Source of the DNA: Nitrospira sp.
Lineage (GTDB): Bacteria; Nitrospirota; Nitrospiria; Nitrospirales; Nitrospiraceae
Direction of reading: 5' to 3'
DNA length: 64,000 nucleotides
Assembly (NCBI GenBank): GCA_047150005.1
Contig: AP038806.1
Span: 3,008,001-3,072,000 of the forward strand
Shown: piece after piece, positions 9,657-20,903 of the stretch
Layout: every line of letters starts with the position of its first letter
Position numbering within the stretch: position 1 is the first letter of the stretch
Program-made: the position numbers and the translations under genes
Notes under the pieces: generated by a model
What the model saw: only the letters and a program-made list of their open reading frames with translations
Told to the model about the DNA's origin: nothing
Databases searched by the model: none

Positions 9657-10091
9657 ATGGCAAAAGCGAAAAAACAACCGGCAAAGAAGAAAATGAAAGC
9701 AAGCGGCAAAAGCGCGGCAAGAAAACCCGCGAAGAAATCGTCCGTGAAGACGCCCCCTGCCAAAGTCAAGCCGTCCGGCAAAAAGCCTGCACGGAAGGCG
9801 GTTCCCGCTCCCAAACCGGCAACGCCCCCCGCAAAGAAGCCGGTCAAGCCCGGCGTGGATGAGGAGATCAAAAAACCGGTGTCGTCGAAGCTGCCGCCGG
9901 CCGTAGAGCCAAAAGAACCGGAACTCGACGATGACGACATGGGCGACGACGAGTTGGAAATGGGCGGCGACGGCGAGATGGAAGAGGACATGGAAGAAGA
10001 CCTCACGCTCGACGATGACGAAGAGGACGTCGACTATCTCGAGAAGTCGGAAGACCTGTTGGACGATTCCGACGATTACCGCACCCATTGA
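9657..10091 (+). CDS. Histone H1-like Lys/Ala/Pro-rich protein with acidic C-terminal tail
   Basis: GGAGGAG RBS; PAKK repeats followed by a D/E-rich tail. Confidence 0.8.
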   Translation: MAKAKKQPAKKKMKASGKSAARKPAKKSSVKTPPAKVKPSGKKPARKAVPAPKPATPPAKKPVKPGVDEEIKKPVSSKLPPAVEPKEPELDDDDMGDDELEMGGDGEMEEDMEEDLTLDDDEEDVDYLEKSEDLLDDSDDYRTH

Positions 10092-10211
10092 TTTGGTGCC
10101 GGATCATGTCGGCCTGAGCGATCACTTCGGGGTATCGCCGCATCCCGCTGTCCCTAATCTCCACCCGCCCGGTCTCCCCCTTCAGGCGGTCACCAGACGA
10201 GGATACGCGAG

Positions 10212-10670
10212 GTGAGTCATTTTCTGTTCATCGCAGCAGCCTTGCGCGAACGAACATCCCAGGAAAGCGCGGAGATCCAGCTTTCGAAAGGGGTCTGGGG
10301 CCTCTGCAGTTCGCTGATCCGGACGAACCTTCAAACCTATCTCGAGCCGCACTCTCGGGGGCTGGTTTACGCACTGAAGATCGGCTTATGCGCCGAGTTC
10401 AAGATCGTGCCGCCGGTGCGAGACTTCGCCGAACTGGACGACTTTCTCAAGGATGAGTTGCGGACGGAAGCGCGGTTCGGCTACGTGCGGATCGAAGAGA
10501 TTCGCCGGCGTGCCTTGCCTTCGACGGCGAGCCAGGCCGTCCTCCTGGAGGTGCTGCAGATTCCGGATCAGGCGGAACTGGCGCGCCGGCTCAGTCTCGG
10601 AATGCATCGCGTGACCCAATCGGAATTCGACGCGATCGCCGCGAAGCTGCCCGCAGGTCTCGGTGCGTAA
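10212..10670 (+). CDS. Hypothetical protein, possible EVE/PUA-like fold
   Basis: GVWGL...LVY...GMHRVTQSEFDAI pattern recalls EVE domains (weak, by eye). Confidence 0.55.
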   Translation: MSHFLFIAAALRERTSQESAEIQLSKGVWGLCSSLIRTNLQTYLEPHSRGLVYALKIGLCAEFKIVPPVRDFAELDDFLKDELRTEARFGYVRIEEIRRRALPSTASQAVLLEVLQIPDQAELARRLSLGMHRVTQSEFDAIAAKLPAGLGA

Positions 10671-10705
10671 CGGCTCTCCGGCTCACCCATGGGTTTGGGG
10701 ATCGC

Positions 10706-10760
10706 CTAGCAGATTGTTGAAGAACGCGCCATTCCACAGGCTTTTTCAACAGCCTGCTAG
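10706..10760. mobile_element. Minimal MITE: CTAG-flanked inverted repeats resembling IS5/IS1182-type ends
   Basis: CTAGCAGATTGTTGAAGAA ... TTTTTCAACAGCCTGCTAG, 16/19 IR match. Confidence 0.7.
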
Positions 10761-10971
10761 CCCACATTATTCATGAGCGCTTCTACTGCAACCGCCGACA
10801 CGCCGCTACGACAAGCCTGGCCGCGAGCTTCGCGCGGCCAGCGGGCAGGCTCGCCCCACGCGGCCTCAACGTACTGCACGAGTACGCCTCGGCTGCGCGG
10901 GACTCCGCGTGCCCGTCTCGCCTGGCGTCTCGGCGGTTTCGTCACGAACCGTCATGAATAATGTGGGCTAG
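10757..10971. mobile_element. MITE (~215 bp) with perfect 20-bp inverted repeats including CTAG target
   Basis: CTAGCCCACATTATTCATGA (10757-10776) and TCATGAATAATGTGGGCTAG (10952-10971); no transposase. Confidence 0.85.
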
Positions 10972-11669
10972 AGATGGTTGCCGGTCATGAGGTGGTAGGC
11001 CTCATCCACCGTGCCGACTTCCTTCACGGCGATGTTGAGCCGGAGTGCCAATTCGTTGAGATTCCAGCCGGCATCGTGAATCTGTCCGCCTGGAATTAAC
11101 ACCGTGTGATACCCCTCCCGCTTTGCGGCGCGGATCTTGTCTGGAATCCCGCCGACAGCGCCGATCCGCCCGTCGCTCTCCAGCGTACCTGTGATGGCGA
11201 TGCCCCGCTGAACGCGATCTCCCTTGAAGAGGGCGATGAATCCGACGGCCATGGCTGCCCCGCCGCTCGGCCCGTCGTTCCCCACGGGCCGGTATGCTGC
11301 TCCCCGGACCGTCACCGTGCCCCCGTGCGAGAGACCGGGAGTCCGTTGGATCGCATGGGCGAATGCCTGCGCCATCGCTCCGAGTTGAGTCTCTCCGAAG
11401 CGTACGCCACCCATCACACATTGCAATTGCGGTGGGGTGGGCTCGCTCTTGCCGTCCCACGTCATGAGCAGCACTTCGAAAACGCCCTGGTCGCTGGTAT
11501 GGATTGCTCCCAGTACCGGCAGCTCGACCACGCGCTCGGCCGCGAACGAAAACGGAAGTGCGGTCAGCACGATGCCGAGGCAGGCTGTGAGCTGGATGCC
11601 GAGTCGGGAGACCGGAAACGGCAGGCTCGGGAATCCTGAGTCGTCCAGGAACATGCTCCAGCGTCCCAT
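10968..11669 (-). CDS. Stand-alone Lon protease C-terminal (S16) domain protein, predicted exported
   Basis: DGPSGG (catalytic Ser), ITGTL, GGIPDKIRAA (catalytic Lys); hydrophobic N-terminus; no AAA+ domain. Confidence 0.85.
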   Translation of the reverse strand: MGRWSMFLDDSGFPSLPFPVSRLGIQLTACLGIVLTALPFSFAAERVVELPVLGAIHTSDQGVFEVLLMTWDGKSEPTPPQLQCVMGGVRFGETQLGAMAQAFAHAIQRTPGLSHGGTVTVRGAAYRPVGNDGPSGGAAMAVGFIALFKGDRVQRGIAITGTLESDGRIGAVGGIPDKIRAAKREGYHTVLIPGGQIHDAGWNLNELALRLNIAVKEVGTVDEAYHLMTGNHL

Positions 11670-11756
11670 GCACGAAAGTGTAGCAATTTCTCGCTCGGAG
11701 TAAAGACAGAGGATCGTCGCCTTGCCTTGACCACGAGCATCTCGTATAAGGGCGGC

Positions 11757-12818
11757 ATGTTGGTGCGTACGTACATCGGTGTTCTGGCCGGCTGGCTGCT
11801 GTGGGCGGGTCTGCCGCTCTCCGTATCGGCGGCACCGTGCCGGATCGAGACAGACTCAGGCCGCGCCGCGTCCGCCTTGAAGAAGCGGCTGGGCGCCGAT
11901 TGTACCGAGCAAGACCGTGAACGGTACAAGATCCAAGCCGTCGAAGTGCTGGCCGCCATCAAACAGGGGAAATCGCTGGACCTCTCCGGGGTCGTGATCG
12001 AGGGCGATCTGCGCTTGGACGAACTCCATCTCGGGGCCCTTCCTCGCGAGAGTGAACGTCAGCCGATCGTTCCGGCAAGCGTCGCTCGGGTCATTTCCGG
12101 CTCTTTTTCCGTGACGCATTCGATCGTCCGCGGGTCGGTGCGGCATGGAGCGGAGCGTGATGCGCTGATCGTCAAGGGAGCCGTCGACCTGACCGGCACG
12201 CGATTCGAACAACCGGTCGACCTTTCTCACGCGGAGTTCCTGCAACCGGTGACGCTTTCGGGCGCCGTGTTTCTCCGGGAGAGCTACTTCGTCCGTGCCG
12301 GGTTTCTCCACGGCCTGACAGCCGATGGTACGGCCTTCGGTCCCCACAGCAGATTTCATCGCGCGCGATTTCACGATCGCGCGTCGTTCCGGAACGCGCG
12401 GTTCAACGGGCTCGCGGAGTTCCTGGAGGTCGAGTTCTATCCGGACGCCGACTTCTCCGGGGCAGGATTCGCATCCGGTACCGGGTTTTCCGGGGGTGTC
12501 TTTCACGGCGTCGCGGATTTTTCCGGCGCGAGCTTCGAACGCGGGGCGTTCTTCACCTTTACGCGATTCGAGGGAGAGGCCCGGTTCCGTCGCACGATCT
12601 TCCGCGCGACTGCGGATTTCGACGACGCCCGATTCGCCGCGCACGATGATTTCTCCGACGCGGTATTCGAACGAGACTCGAGATTTGGCAGAGTCACGCG
12701 ACGAGACCAGCCGCCGCCGGCATTGGAGGGTCAAGACGGGCCGATGCAGTACGTCGTGACCCTCGCGCTGCTCGTCCTGAGTGCCTTGTTGATCGCCTAT
12801 CTGGTCCGATCCCGCTGA
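11757..12818 (+). CDS. Exported pentapeptide-repeat protein with C-terminal TM anchor
   Basis: Signal peptide; ADFSGASF/ARF repeats; C-terminal YVVTLALLVLSALLIAYLVRSR. Confidence 0.85.
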   Translation: MLVRTYIGVLAGWLLWAGLPLSVSAAPCRIETDSGRAASALKKRLGADCTEQDRERYKIQAVEVLAAIKQGKSLDLSGVVIEGDLRLDELHLGALPRESERQPIVPASVARVISGSFSVTHSIVRGSVRHGAERDALIVKGAVDLTGTRFEQPVDLSHAEFLQPVTLSGAVFLRESYFVRAGFLHGLTADGTAFGPHSRFHRARFHDRASFRNARFNGLAEFLEVEFYPDADFSGAGFASGTGFSGGVFHGVADFSGASFERGAFFTFTRFEGEARFRRTIFRATADFDDARFAAHDDFSDAVFERDSRFGRVTRRDQPPPALEGQDGPMQYVVTLALLVLSALLIAYLVRSR

Positions 12819-12893
12819 GGGACGCCTCTCCATCGACCACAACTAATAGGCAGAGGCTTGCTCCGGACTCCCAAAGCTGGTATAAGGCGCCTT

Positions 12894-13688
12894 GTGGATA
12901 ACCAGCTCGACGGAGTCGGTCAGACCGAACTACCCTACCAAGTTCGCATCGAGAACTTCGAGGGACCGCTCGATCTTCTGCTGCATCTCATCAAGAAGAG
13001 CGAGATCAACATCTACGACATTCCGATCGCCCTGATCACCGGCCAATATCTCGACTACCTCGAAACGATGACCGAGTTGAACCTCTCGGTGGCGGGGGAG
13101 TTTTTGGTCATGGCGTCCACGCTGCTGCAGATCAAATCGAAAATGCTGCTTCCCGTCGATGAAGCGGCGGACGATGAGGAAGACGGACCGGACCCGCGTG
13201 AGGAACTCGTCCGTCGATTGCTCGAATACAAGACATACAAGGACGCCGCCCGCCAACTGGACTCTCAGGAGCGCATGTGGCGGGAAATCTATACCAGGGC
13301 GCCGGCGCCACGCGAAGAGGCGGCTGCGGACGAGGAGACGCTGGACGACGTGAGCCTGTTCGATCTGGTGGACGCACTGCAGGGAATTCTCAATCGGAAT
13401 CCCGGCAAGTCGCTCATGGAAATCATCCCCGACAACCTCACGGTTCGCGATCGCATGAACACGATTCTTGAAGCGCTGGAGGGACGAGAGTCGGTCAGTT
13501 TCGCCGCCCTGTTCGAGTCATCGTCGCATCGGCTGGTCGTCATCGTCACGTTTCTCGCGCTGTTGGAACTGATCCGATTGCGGACGGCCCGGGTGTTCCA
13601 GTCGGAAAATTTCGGGCCGATCCTGGTCTCGCGCAATTTTTCATTGGTGCCGGAACCGGCGGAACTGGACGATTCGGAATGGAGGTAA
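12894..13688 (+). CDS. scpA: Segregation and condensation protein A
   Basis: FEGPLDLLLHLI, EFLVMASTLLQIKSKMLLP, VTFLALLEL. Confidence 0.95.
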   Translation: MDNQLDGVGQTELPYQVRIENFEGPLDLLLHLIKKSEINIYDIPIALITGQYLDYLETMTELNLSVAGEFLVMASTLLQIKSKMLLPVDEAADDEEDGPDPREELVRRLLEYKTYKDAARQLDSQERMWREIYTRAPAPREEAAADEETLDDVSLFDLVDALQGILNRNPGKSLMEIIPDNLTVRDRMNTILEALEGRESVSFAALFESSSHRLVVIVTFLALLELIRLRTARVFQSENFGPILVSRNFSLVPEPAELDDSEWR

Positions 13689-13690
13689 GC

Positions 13691-14527
13691 ATGAGTTCGA
13701 CCGAGCTGCAGGAGAGCGGGTGCGTGGATCAGGTGGAACCGGACTCTTCCGGGCAGACCGGTCAGAACTCGGACGATGCTGCCGGTGCGACGGGGCCGAG
13801 CGAGAGCGATGCAGCGGGGCAGATGGAACTCACCGCCATTCTCGAGGCCCTGCTGTTCGTGTCCGGCGAACCGCTTCCGCTCGCGCGACTGGCTTCGACC
13901 ATCGGAACCGTATCCAAAGCGGAAGTGCAACAGGCGCTCAACAACCTGCGGGAGCAGTTGGCGCACGACGGCCGGGGGATCCAACTGGTCCAGGTCGCCG
14001 GAGGCTACCGGCTCGCGACGAAAGCGGACTGTGCCCCCTGGCTCAAACGGTTGGAGAAAGCCAAAGCGGCGCAGCGGCTCTCGCGATCCGCGCTCGAATC
14101 GCTGGCGATCATCGCGTACAAGCAGCCGCTGGTCCGCGCGGAGGTCGAAGAGATCCGGGGGGTGGAAACCTCCGGGGTCATTCGGACGCTGCTGGAACGG
14201 AAGCTCGTTCGCATCGTCGGACGGAAGGAGGTGCCGGGCCGACCGATCATGTACGGCACCACCAAATATTTCCTGGAGCATTTCGGTTTGCAGGACCTCA
14301 GTCAGCTCCCGCCGCTTCGCGAATTCAAGGAGCTGGGTGAGGCGGAACAGGCGATGTTACCCATCGAAGAGGTCACGATAGTCGGCGAGCAGCAACCGGA
14401 AACGGTCGATGGGGCCGACTCTTCTTCCGCTTCCGCGGAGCCACCGTTTCAAGCTGAAGAAGGGGAGATGGCGTTGGTTGCCGGGAGTGACCCCGCTTTC
14501 GTTGGCGAATCGGTCGATCACGCATAG
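13691..14527 (+). CDS. scpB: Segregation and condensation protein B
   Basis: LEALLF, LSRSALESLAIIAYKQP, IRGV, GRPIMYGTT. Confidence 0.95.
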   Translation: MSSTELQESGCVDQVEPDSSGQTGQNSDDAAGATGPSESDAAGQMELTAILEALLFVSGEPLPLARLASTIGTVSKAEVQQALNNLREQLAHDGRGIQLVQVAGGYRLATKADCAPWLKRLEKAKAAQRLSRSALESLAIIAYKQPLVRAEVEEIRGVETSGVIRTLLERKLVRIVGRKEVPGRPIMYGTTKYFLEHFGLQDLSQLPPLREFKELGEAEQAMLPIEEVTIVGEQQPETVDGADSSSASAEPPFQAEEGEMALVAGSDPAFVGESVDHA

Positions 14528-14580
14528 CCGTCCGACGGACAGGAGATTGCAACGGGACCTGCGAGTAGGCATTCCTCGCC

Positions 14581-14610
14581 TTGACTCTCTTTCCGCGGCT
14601 TTGTTAGACT
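14581..14610 (+). promoter_or_regulatory. Candidate sigma70 promoter for the NHL gene-guaB-guaA cluster
   Basis: TTGACT-N18-TAGACT with TG extension. Confidence 0.45.
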
Positions 14611-14685
14611 CCACAATCTTGTTCTAAGTTATTGAAAGAGGCTGGTTCTTCGCTTCATCGACGTCTGTCACACGAGGCAACATTT

Positions 14686-17652
14686 ATGATCAAAGCATGG
14701 CTCATTGGTGAGATGTTTCGGTTCGATCGCGCACCGCTGTCGGCGGAGGGAAACCCGGGCGAATGGGGTGCCGGTGATTCGATCGCCGAAGAAGAAGAGC
14801 TGCCTCCGGCGCCGGCCAATGTAGCGGCCAAGTGCGGAAACGGCCGTATCACGATTACATGGGATGCTGTGCCGGATGCCATGTACTACAACCTCTATTT
14901 TCAGACGACCAAAGGCGTCCAGATCAAGTTTTCGGAACTGACCAGGCCGATTGCAGGGGCGGCCGATTTCAAGGCCGTCATCGGCGTGAAGAAGGACAAG
15001 GGGACCTGTCTTGAAGGTGCGCAGTCACCGTTCGTGCACGACGACCTGGCCAACGGCACCTGCTACCATTACGTCGTGACCGTGGTGACGCCGAAGGGAG
15101 AAAGTCCCGAGTCGCAGGAGGTCATGGCGATCCCCTCGCCTTACCTGCTGGCCATGAATATCGGGTCGGAAGGGGTGGATGACGGAGAATTCAGCTCGCC
15201 CACCGGGATTGCGCTGGACAAAGAGGGCAACATCTACGTTGCTGATACCGATAACCACTCGATCCAGAAATTCGACAAATCCGGAAAGTTCCTCGCGCGC
15301 TGGGGCGGAGATCCGTCGTCCCAGGAGGGGAGTTTTTACTATCCGCGCGGTCTCGCGGTCGGCGCGAACGACACCCTGTATGTGTCCGACAGCGGCAATA
15401 ACCGGGTGCAGAAGTTCGATCTCGAAGGCAACGTCATGCAGGCCTGGGGCAAGTTCGGCTTCGCCTGGCGTGGTGCTGAGATGGGCGTCTTCGACGTGCC
15501 CTGGGGCGTGGCGACGGATCAGGAGGGCAACCTCTACGTGTCGGACACGAGCAATTCCAGAATTCAGAAGTTCAAGGCCGACGGATCGCCCTTGCTGAAA
15601 TGGGGACGGGACGGCAGCTTCGACGGAGCGTTCTTCTTCCCCCGCGGGGTTGCGGTCGATTTCGTCGGCAACATCTTCGTCGCCGACGAGAGCAACAACC
15701 GTATCCAGAAGTTCGATGCTCGGGGCAGCTTCCTGTCCAAGTGGGGCCGCGAGGGCTCCGGGCCGGGACAATTCAAGGCACCGTGGGGCGTCGCCTGTGA
15801 CGCGGTCGGCAACGTCTACGTCGTCGACACGGGGAACCATCGGATCCAAAAGTTCGACGGCAACGGGACGTTTTTGTGCGCGTGGGGTAACCGAGGGAAG
15901 ACGGAGGGGCAGCTGAATTTCCCCTATGGGATTGCCGTTGACAAGGAAGGGTGCGTCTACGTTGTCGACAGCGGGAACAACCGGGTGCTCAAGTATGTCC
16001 CGACCGAGGAGGAACTGAGCCGGGGCCACGAGGCCGCCGCCGCGCAGGAGCCGACCGAGGCTCCGGCGCCGCACAGTGTCGTGGTCAAGGCCGGTGACAC
16101 GGAGGTCTTCGTCAGCTGGATGGAGGTGCCGGGGGCCGTGTCCTACAACCTCTACTTCAATACCTCTCAAGGCTTGACCAAACAGACCGGCACGAAGATC
16201 GAAGGCGTGACCAATCCGTTCACCCACACGGGATTGACCAACGACACCCCGTACTTTTATGCGGTTGCGGCTGTCTTCGAGAGCGGAACGGAGAGCGAAT
16301 TGTCGGCCGAGGTCACCGCGATGCCGGTGCTCATCGACGTGACGGCCCCGCAGAACGCCTACGCCGTCATCAACCACGGCGCATTCATGACGAATTCGCC
16401 GGAAGTGGTGGTGACGATTTCTGCCAACGACGTCGACACGGGCGTCGGCGCGTATTTCATTTCCGAAGCCCCGCTGACCCCCATGGCGGGCACGCCCGGC
16501 TGGGTCGACGTCACGCCGGCGCTCAAGTTCGGTGCGACGATTCCCTTCATTCTCTCGTTGGGCGACGGTCCCAAGACGGTCTACGTCTGGTTCAAGGATA
16601 TCGGCGGCAACGTGTCCACGCCGGCTGCGGCCAGCATCCTGGTCAATACATCGGGCTACCTCTGTGTCGCCAAGTGGGGCCGGCCGGGCCGCGGCGCCTC
16701 GCTGCTCCACGGCGGCGAGTTCATGGCTCCGATGTACGGTCTGTCTGTGGACCAGCAAGGCTCCCTGTTCGTGGTCGACAACGGAAACAACCGCATTCAG
16801 AAATTCGACAACACCGGCAACTTCATCATCCTCTGGGGAAATTTCGGCGCGGCTAACGCGAATTTCCACAATCCCACCGGCATCGCCTGCGACGGCAAGG
16901 GCGATGTCTGGGCCGTGGACACCAACAATCATCGGGTGCAGAAGTTCGACGGCAAGCTCGGCGGCTACATCATGAAGTTCGGCTCTAGGGGGAACGGCGA
17001 AGGTCAGTTCAATTCGCCCTGGGGGATCGCGGTCGACCGGGTGCGAGGCTATGTCTATGTCGTGGACAGCGCCAACTTCCGCGTGCAGAAGTTCGATCTG
17101 GCGGGCGAGTTCGTCATGTCGTGGGGAAGCTTCGGCAACGGCGACGGCCAGTTCTACTTCCCGAGAGGCGTGGCGGTCGATCAGTCGGACGGCTCGGTCT
17201 ACGTGGTCGATATGGGCAACCACCGGGTGCAGAAGTTCGACACCAGCACCAACGTCCTGCCGCAATTGCTGACCAGGTGGGGGGGCAGCTCGGAGCCCGG
17301 TCATGCCAGCAGCCAGCTGGCCCAGGAAGCGGGACAGTTGCGTTCGCCGTGGGGCGTGGCCGTCGACGGAACAGGCGACGTGTACGTCACCGATACGGGC
17401 AACCATCGGGTGGAAAAGTTCGACAAGGAAGGCAATTTCATCACCCAGTGGGGCGGGTACGGCAACGGGGACGGGCAGTTCAATTTCCCGTACGGGATTG
17501 CGGTCGACGCGAAAGGCAGCGTGTTCGTGGTCGACAGCGGCAACACACGTGTGCAGCAGTTCATGCCCTCCGACGAAGGCAGCGAGCGGCTGCAGGAGGA
17601 ATCCGAGGCGGCGGCTGAAATTGCAAAGGCGCAGGGCGCCACGAGCGCCTAG
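14686..17652 (+). CDS. Large NHL-repeat (two beta-propellers) / fibronectin type III protein
   Basis: About 12 repeats of F..P.G(I/V)A.D..GN.YV.D..N.R(I/V)QKFD; two FN3-like segments (YNLYF...L.N.T.Y.Y.V). Confidence 0.9.
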   Translation: MIKAWLIGEMFRFDRAPLSAEGNPGEWGAGDSIAEEEELPPAPANVAAKCGNGRITITWDAVPDAMYYNLYFQTTKGVQIKFSELTRPIAGAADFKAVIGVKKDKGTCLEGAQSPFVHDDLANGTCYHYVVTVVTPKGESPESQEVMAIPSPYLLAMNIGSEGVDDGEFSSPTGIALDKEGNIYVADTDNHSIQKFDKSGKFLARWGGDPSSQEGSFYYPRGLAVGANDTLYVSDSGNNRVQKFDLEGNVMQAWGKFGFAWRGAEMGVFDVPWGVATDQEGNLYVSDTSNSRIQKFKADGSPLLKWGRDGSFDGAFFFPRGVAVDFVGNIFVADESNNRIQKFDARGSFLSKWGREGSGPGQFKAPWGVACDAVGNVYVVDTGNHRIQKFDGNGTFLCAWGNRGKTEGQLNFPYGIAVDKEGCVYVVDSGNNRVLKYVPTEEELSRGHEAAAAQEPTEAPAPHSVVVKAGDTEVFVSWMEVPGAVSYNLYFNTSQGLTKQTGTKIEGVTNPFTHTGLTNDTPYFYAVAAVFESGTESELSAEVTAMPVLIDVTAPQNAYAVINHGAFMTNSPEVVVTISANDVDTGVGAYFISEAPLTPMAGTPGWVDVTPALKFGATIPFILSLGDGPKTVYVWFKDIGGNVSTPAAASILVNTSGYLCVAKWGRPGRGASLLHGGEFMAPMYGLSVDQQGSLFVVDNGNNRIQKFDNTGNFIILWGNFGAANANFHNPTGIACDGKGDVWAVDTNNHRVQKFDGKLGGYIMKFGSRGNGEGQFNSPWGIAVDRVRGYVYVVDSANFRVQKFDLAGEFVMSWGSFGNGDGQFYFPRGVAVDQSDGSVYVVDMGNHRVQKFDTSTNVLPQLLTRWGGSSEPGHASSQLAQEAGQLRSPWGVAVDGTGDVYVTDTGNHRVEKFDKEGNFITQWGGYGNGDGQFNFPYGIAVDAKGSVFVVDSGNTRVQQFMPSDEGSERLQEESEAAAEIAKAQGATSA

Positions 17653-17665
17653 GCCGAAACCATGA

Positions 17666-19153
<1,488 letters not shown>

Positions 19154-19158
19154 CCCCG

Positions 19159-19246
19159 CGTGAATCGTCCCTCGTGAAGCGTATCTCGCAATCAAGATTC
19201 AGCTTCCCTTACTAGACGACCGACGCTTCACGCTTCACGAATGATG
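19159..19246. repeat. Inverted array of degenerate heptamers (CGTGAAG / CTTCACG)
   Basis: CGTGAAT CGTCCCT CGTGAAG CGTATCT ... CTTCACG CTTCACG between guaB and guaA. Confidence 0.8.
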
Positions 19247-19250
19247 CCCC

Positions 19251-20807
19251 ATGGAACATTGGCACAATAGGATCCTCGTCCTCGACTTCGGCTCGCAGTA
19301 TACCCAACTGATCGCGCGGCGTATTCGCGAGGCCGAGGTCTTCTCCCAAATTCTTCCCTGCACGGTGCCGCTCGCGACGATTCTCGCCTATCGCCCTCAG
19401 GGCATCGTGTTGTCCGGAGGGCCGTCGAGCGTCTATGAGAAAAAGGCGCCGACCGTCCCGAAAGAACTGTTCGACCAGGGCATCCCCATTCTCGGCATCT
19501 GTTACGGCATGCAGCTGGTGACGCACTTATCCGGCGGCGAAGTCGCCCGATCCAAGCACCGGGAGTTCGGCCGCGCCGAGCTGCACATCGATGACGCGAG
19601 CGGACTGTTTCGCGGCATCGGCGAGGGCGGGGCGACGACGGTCTGGATGTCCCACGGCGACCGCATCGAGCGAATGCCGCCCGGCTTCCGATCCATCGCC
19701 CATACGGACAATTCCCCCATTGCGGCGATGAAGCGGGAAGATGCCAAGCGTCGGATCTATTGCTTGCAGTTTCATCCCGAAGTCGCGCATACGCCCGAAG
19801 GGGCGAAACTCCTCCGCAACTTCGTCTACGACATCTGCGGCTGCAAGCCGACCTGGACGATGCGGTCCTACGCGGACAGTGCCGTGGAAGAGATCCGCCG
19901 GCAAGTCGGCAAGTCCCGCGTCATCTGCGCGTTGAGCGGCGGCGTCGATTCGTCGGTGGCGGCTGCTCTGACGCATCGGGCGATCGGCGATCAGTTGACC
20001 TGTATCTTCGTGGACAACGGAGTGCTGAGAACAGGTGAACGGGACCAAGTCCAGAAGACCTTTGCCTCGCAGTTGCACCTGGATCTTCGGATCCTCGATC
20101 GGACCGAGCAATTTCTGGCCGGTTTGAAGAACGTGACCGATCCCGAGAGAAAACGGAAGATCATCGGCCGGCTGTTCATCAAGAATTTCGAGGCGGAAGC
20201 CAAGAAACTGAAGGACATCAAATACCTGGTGCAGGGGACGCTCTACCCGGACGTGATCGAGAGCGTCAGCTTCAAGGGACCCTCGGCCACGATCAAGACC
20301 CACCACAACGTCGGCGGTCTGCCGGCCAGGATGAGACTCAAGTTGATCGAACCGTTGCGCGAGCTCTTCAAGGACGAAGTGCGGGTGCTGGGAAAAGAAC
20401 TGGGCCTGCCGGACGAGATTATCTGGCGGCAGCCGTTCCCCGGTCCCGGCCTCGCGATTCGGGTCCTTGGATCGGTCACGAAAGAGCGGTTGATGATTCT
20501 ACGGGCGGCGGAAACCATCGTCGATCAGGAAATCAGAGGCGCGGGGCTCTATCGCGAGATTTGGCAGGCGTTTGCCGTACTGCTGCCGATCCGCACGGTC
20601 GGCGTCATGGGCGATCAGCGGACCTACGAAAACGTCGTGGCGATTCGCGCGGTCACCAGTCTGGACGGGATGACGGCCGATTGGGCGAAAATTCCCAATG
20701 ATGTGTTGGGTCGGATGTCGAACCGCATCATCAATGAAGTGAAGGGCGTGAATCGGGTCGTGTACGACATCAGCTCGAAGCCGCCCAGCACCATAGAATG
20801 GGAGTAG
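19251..20807 (+). CDS. guaA: GMP synthase (glutamine-hydrolysing)
   Basis: [52 protein letters not shown]. Confidence 0.98.
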   Translation: MEHWHNRILVLDFGSQYTQLIARRIREAEVFSQILPCTVPLATILAYRPQGIVLSGGPSSVYEKKAPTVPKELFDQGIPILGICYGMQLVTHLSGGEVARSKHREFGRAELHIDDASGLFRGIGEGGATTVWMSHGDRIERMPPGFRSIAHTDNSPIAAMKREDAKRRIYCLQFHPEVAHTPEGAKLLRNFVYDICGCKPTWTMRSYADSAVEEIRRQVGKSRVICALSGGVDSSVAAALTHRAIGDQLTCIFVDNGVLRTGERDQVQKTFASQLHLDLRILDRTEQFLAGLKNVTDPERKRKIIGRLFIKNFEAEAKKLKDIKYLVQGTLYPDVIESVSFKGPSATIKTHHNVGGLPARMRLKLIEPLRELFKDEVRVLGKELGLPDEIIWRQPFPGPGLAIRVLGSVTKERLMILRAAETIVDQEIRGAGLYREIWQAFAVLLPIRTVGVMGDQRTYENVVAIRAVTSLDGMTADWAKIPNDVLGRMSNRIINEVKGVNRVVYDISSKPPSTIEWE

Positions 20808-20812
20808 CGGTG

Positions 20813-20890
20813 CGTGAAGCGTCGCTCGTGAAGCGTGAAGCGCAATCGGCTTCGATCCTGCGAACGACGAGATACGAGATACGCTTCACG
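20813..20890. repeat. Inverted array of degenerate heptamers (CGTGAAG / AGATACG / CTTCACG)
   Basis: CGTGAAG CGTCGCT CGTGAAG CGTGAAG ... AGATACG AGATACG CTTCACG after guaA. Confidence 0.8.
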
Positions 20891-20903
20891 GAGAAGTAAT
20901 AAA

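Noticed and set aside
15160..17570. Periodic DNA repeats suggesting a CRISPR-like array
   Set aside because: They are degenerate codons of NHL protein repeats, not identical repeats with spacers. No CRISPR array or cas gene was seen in the window.
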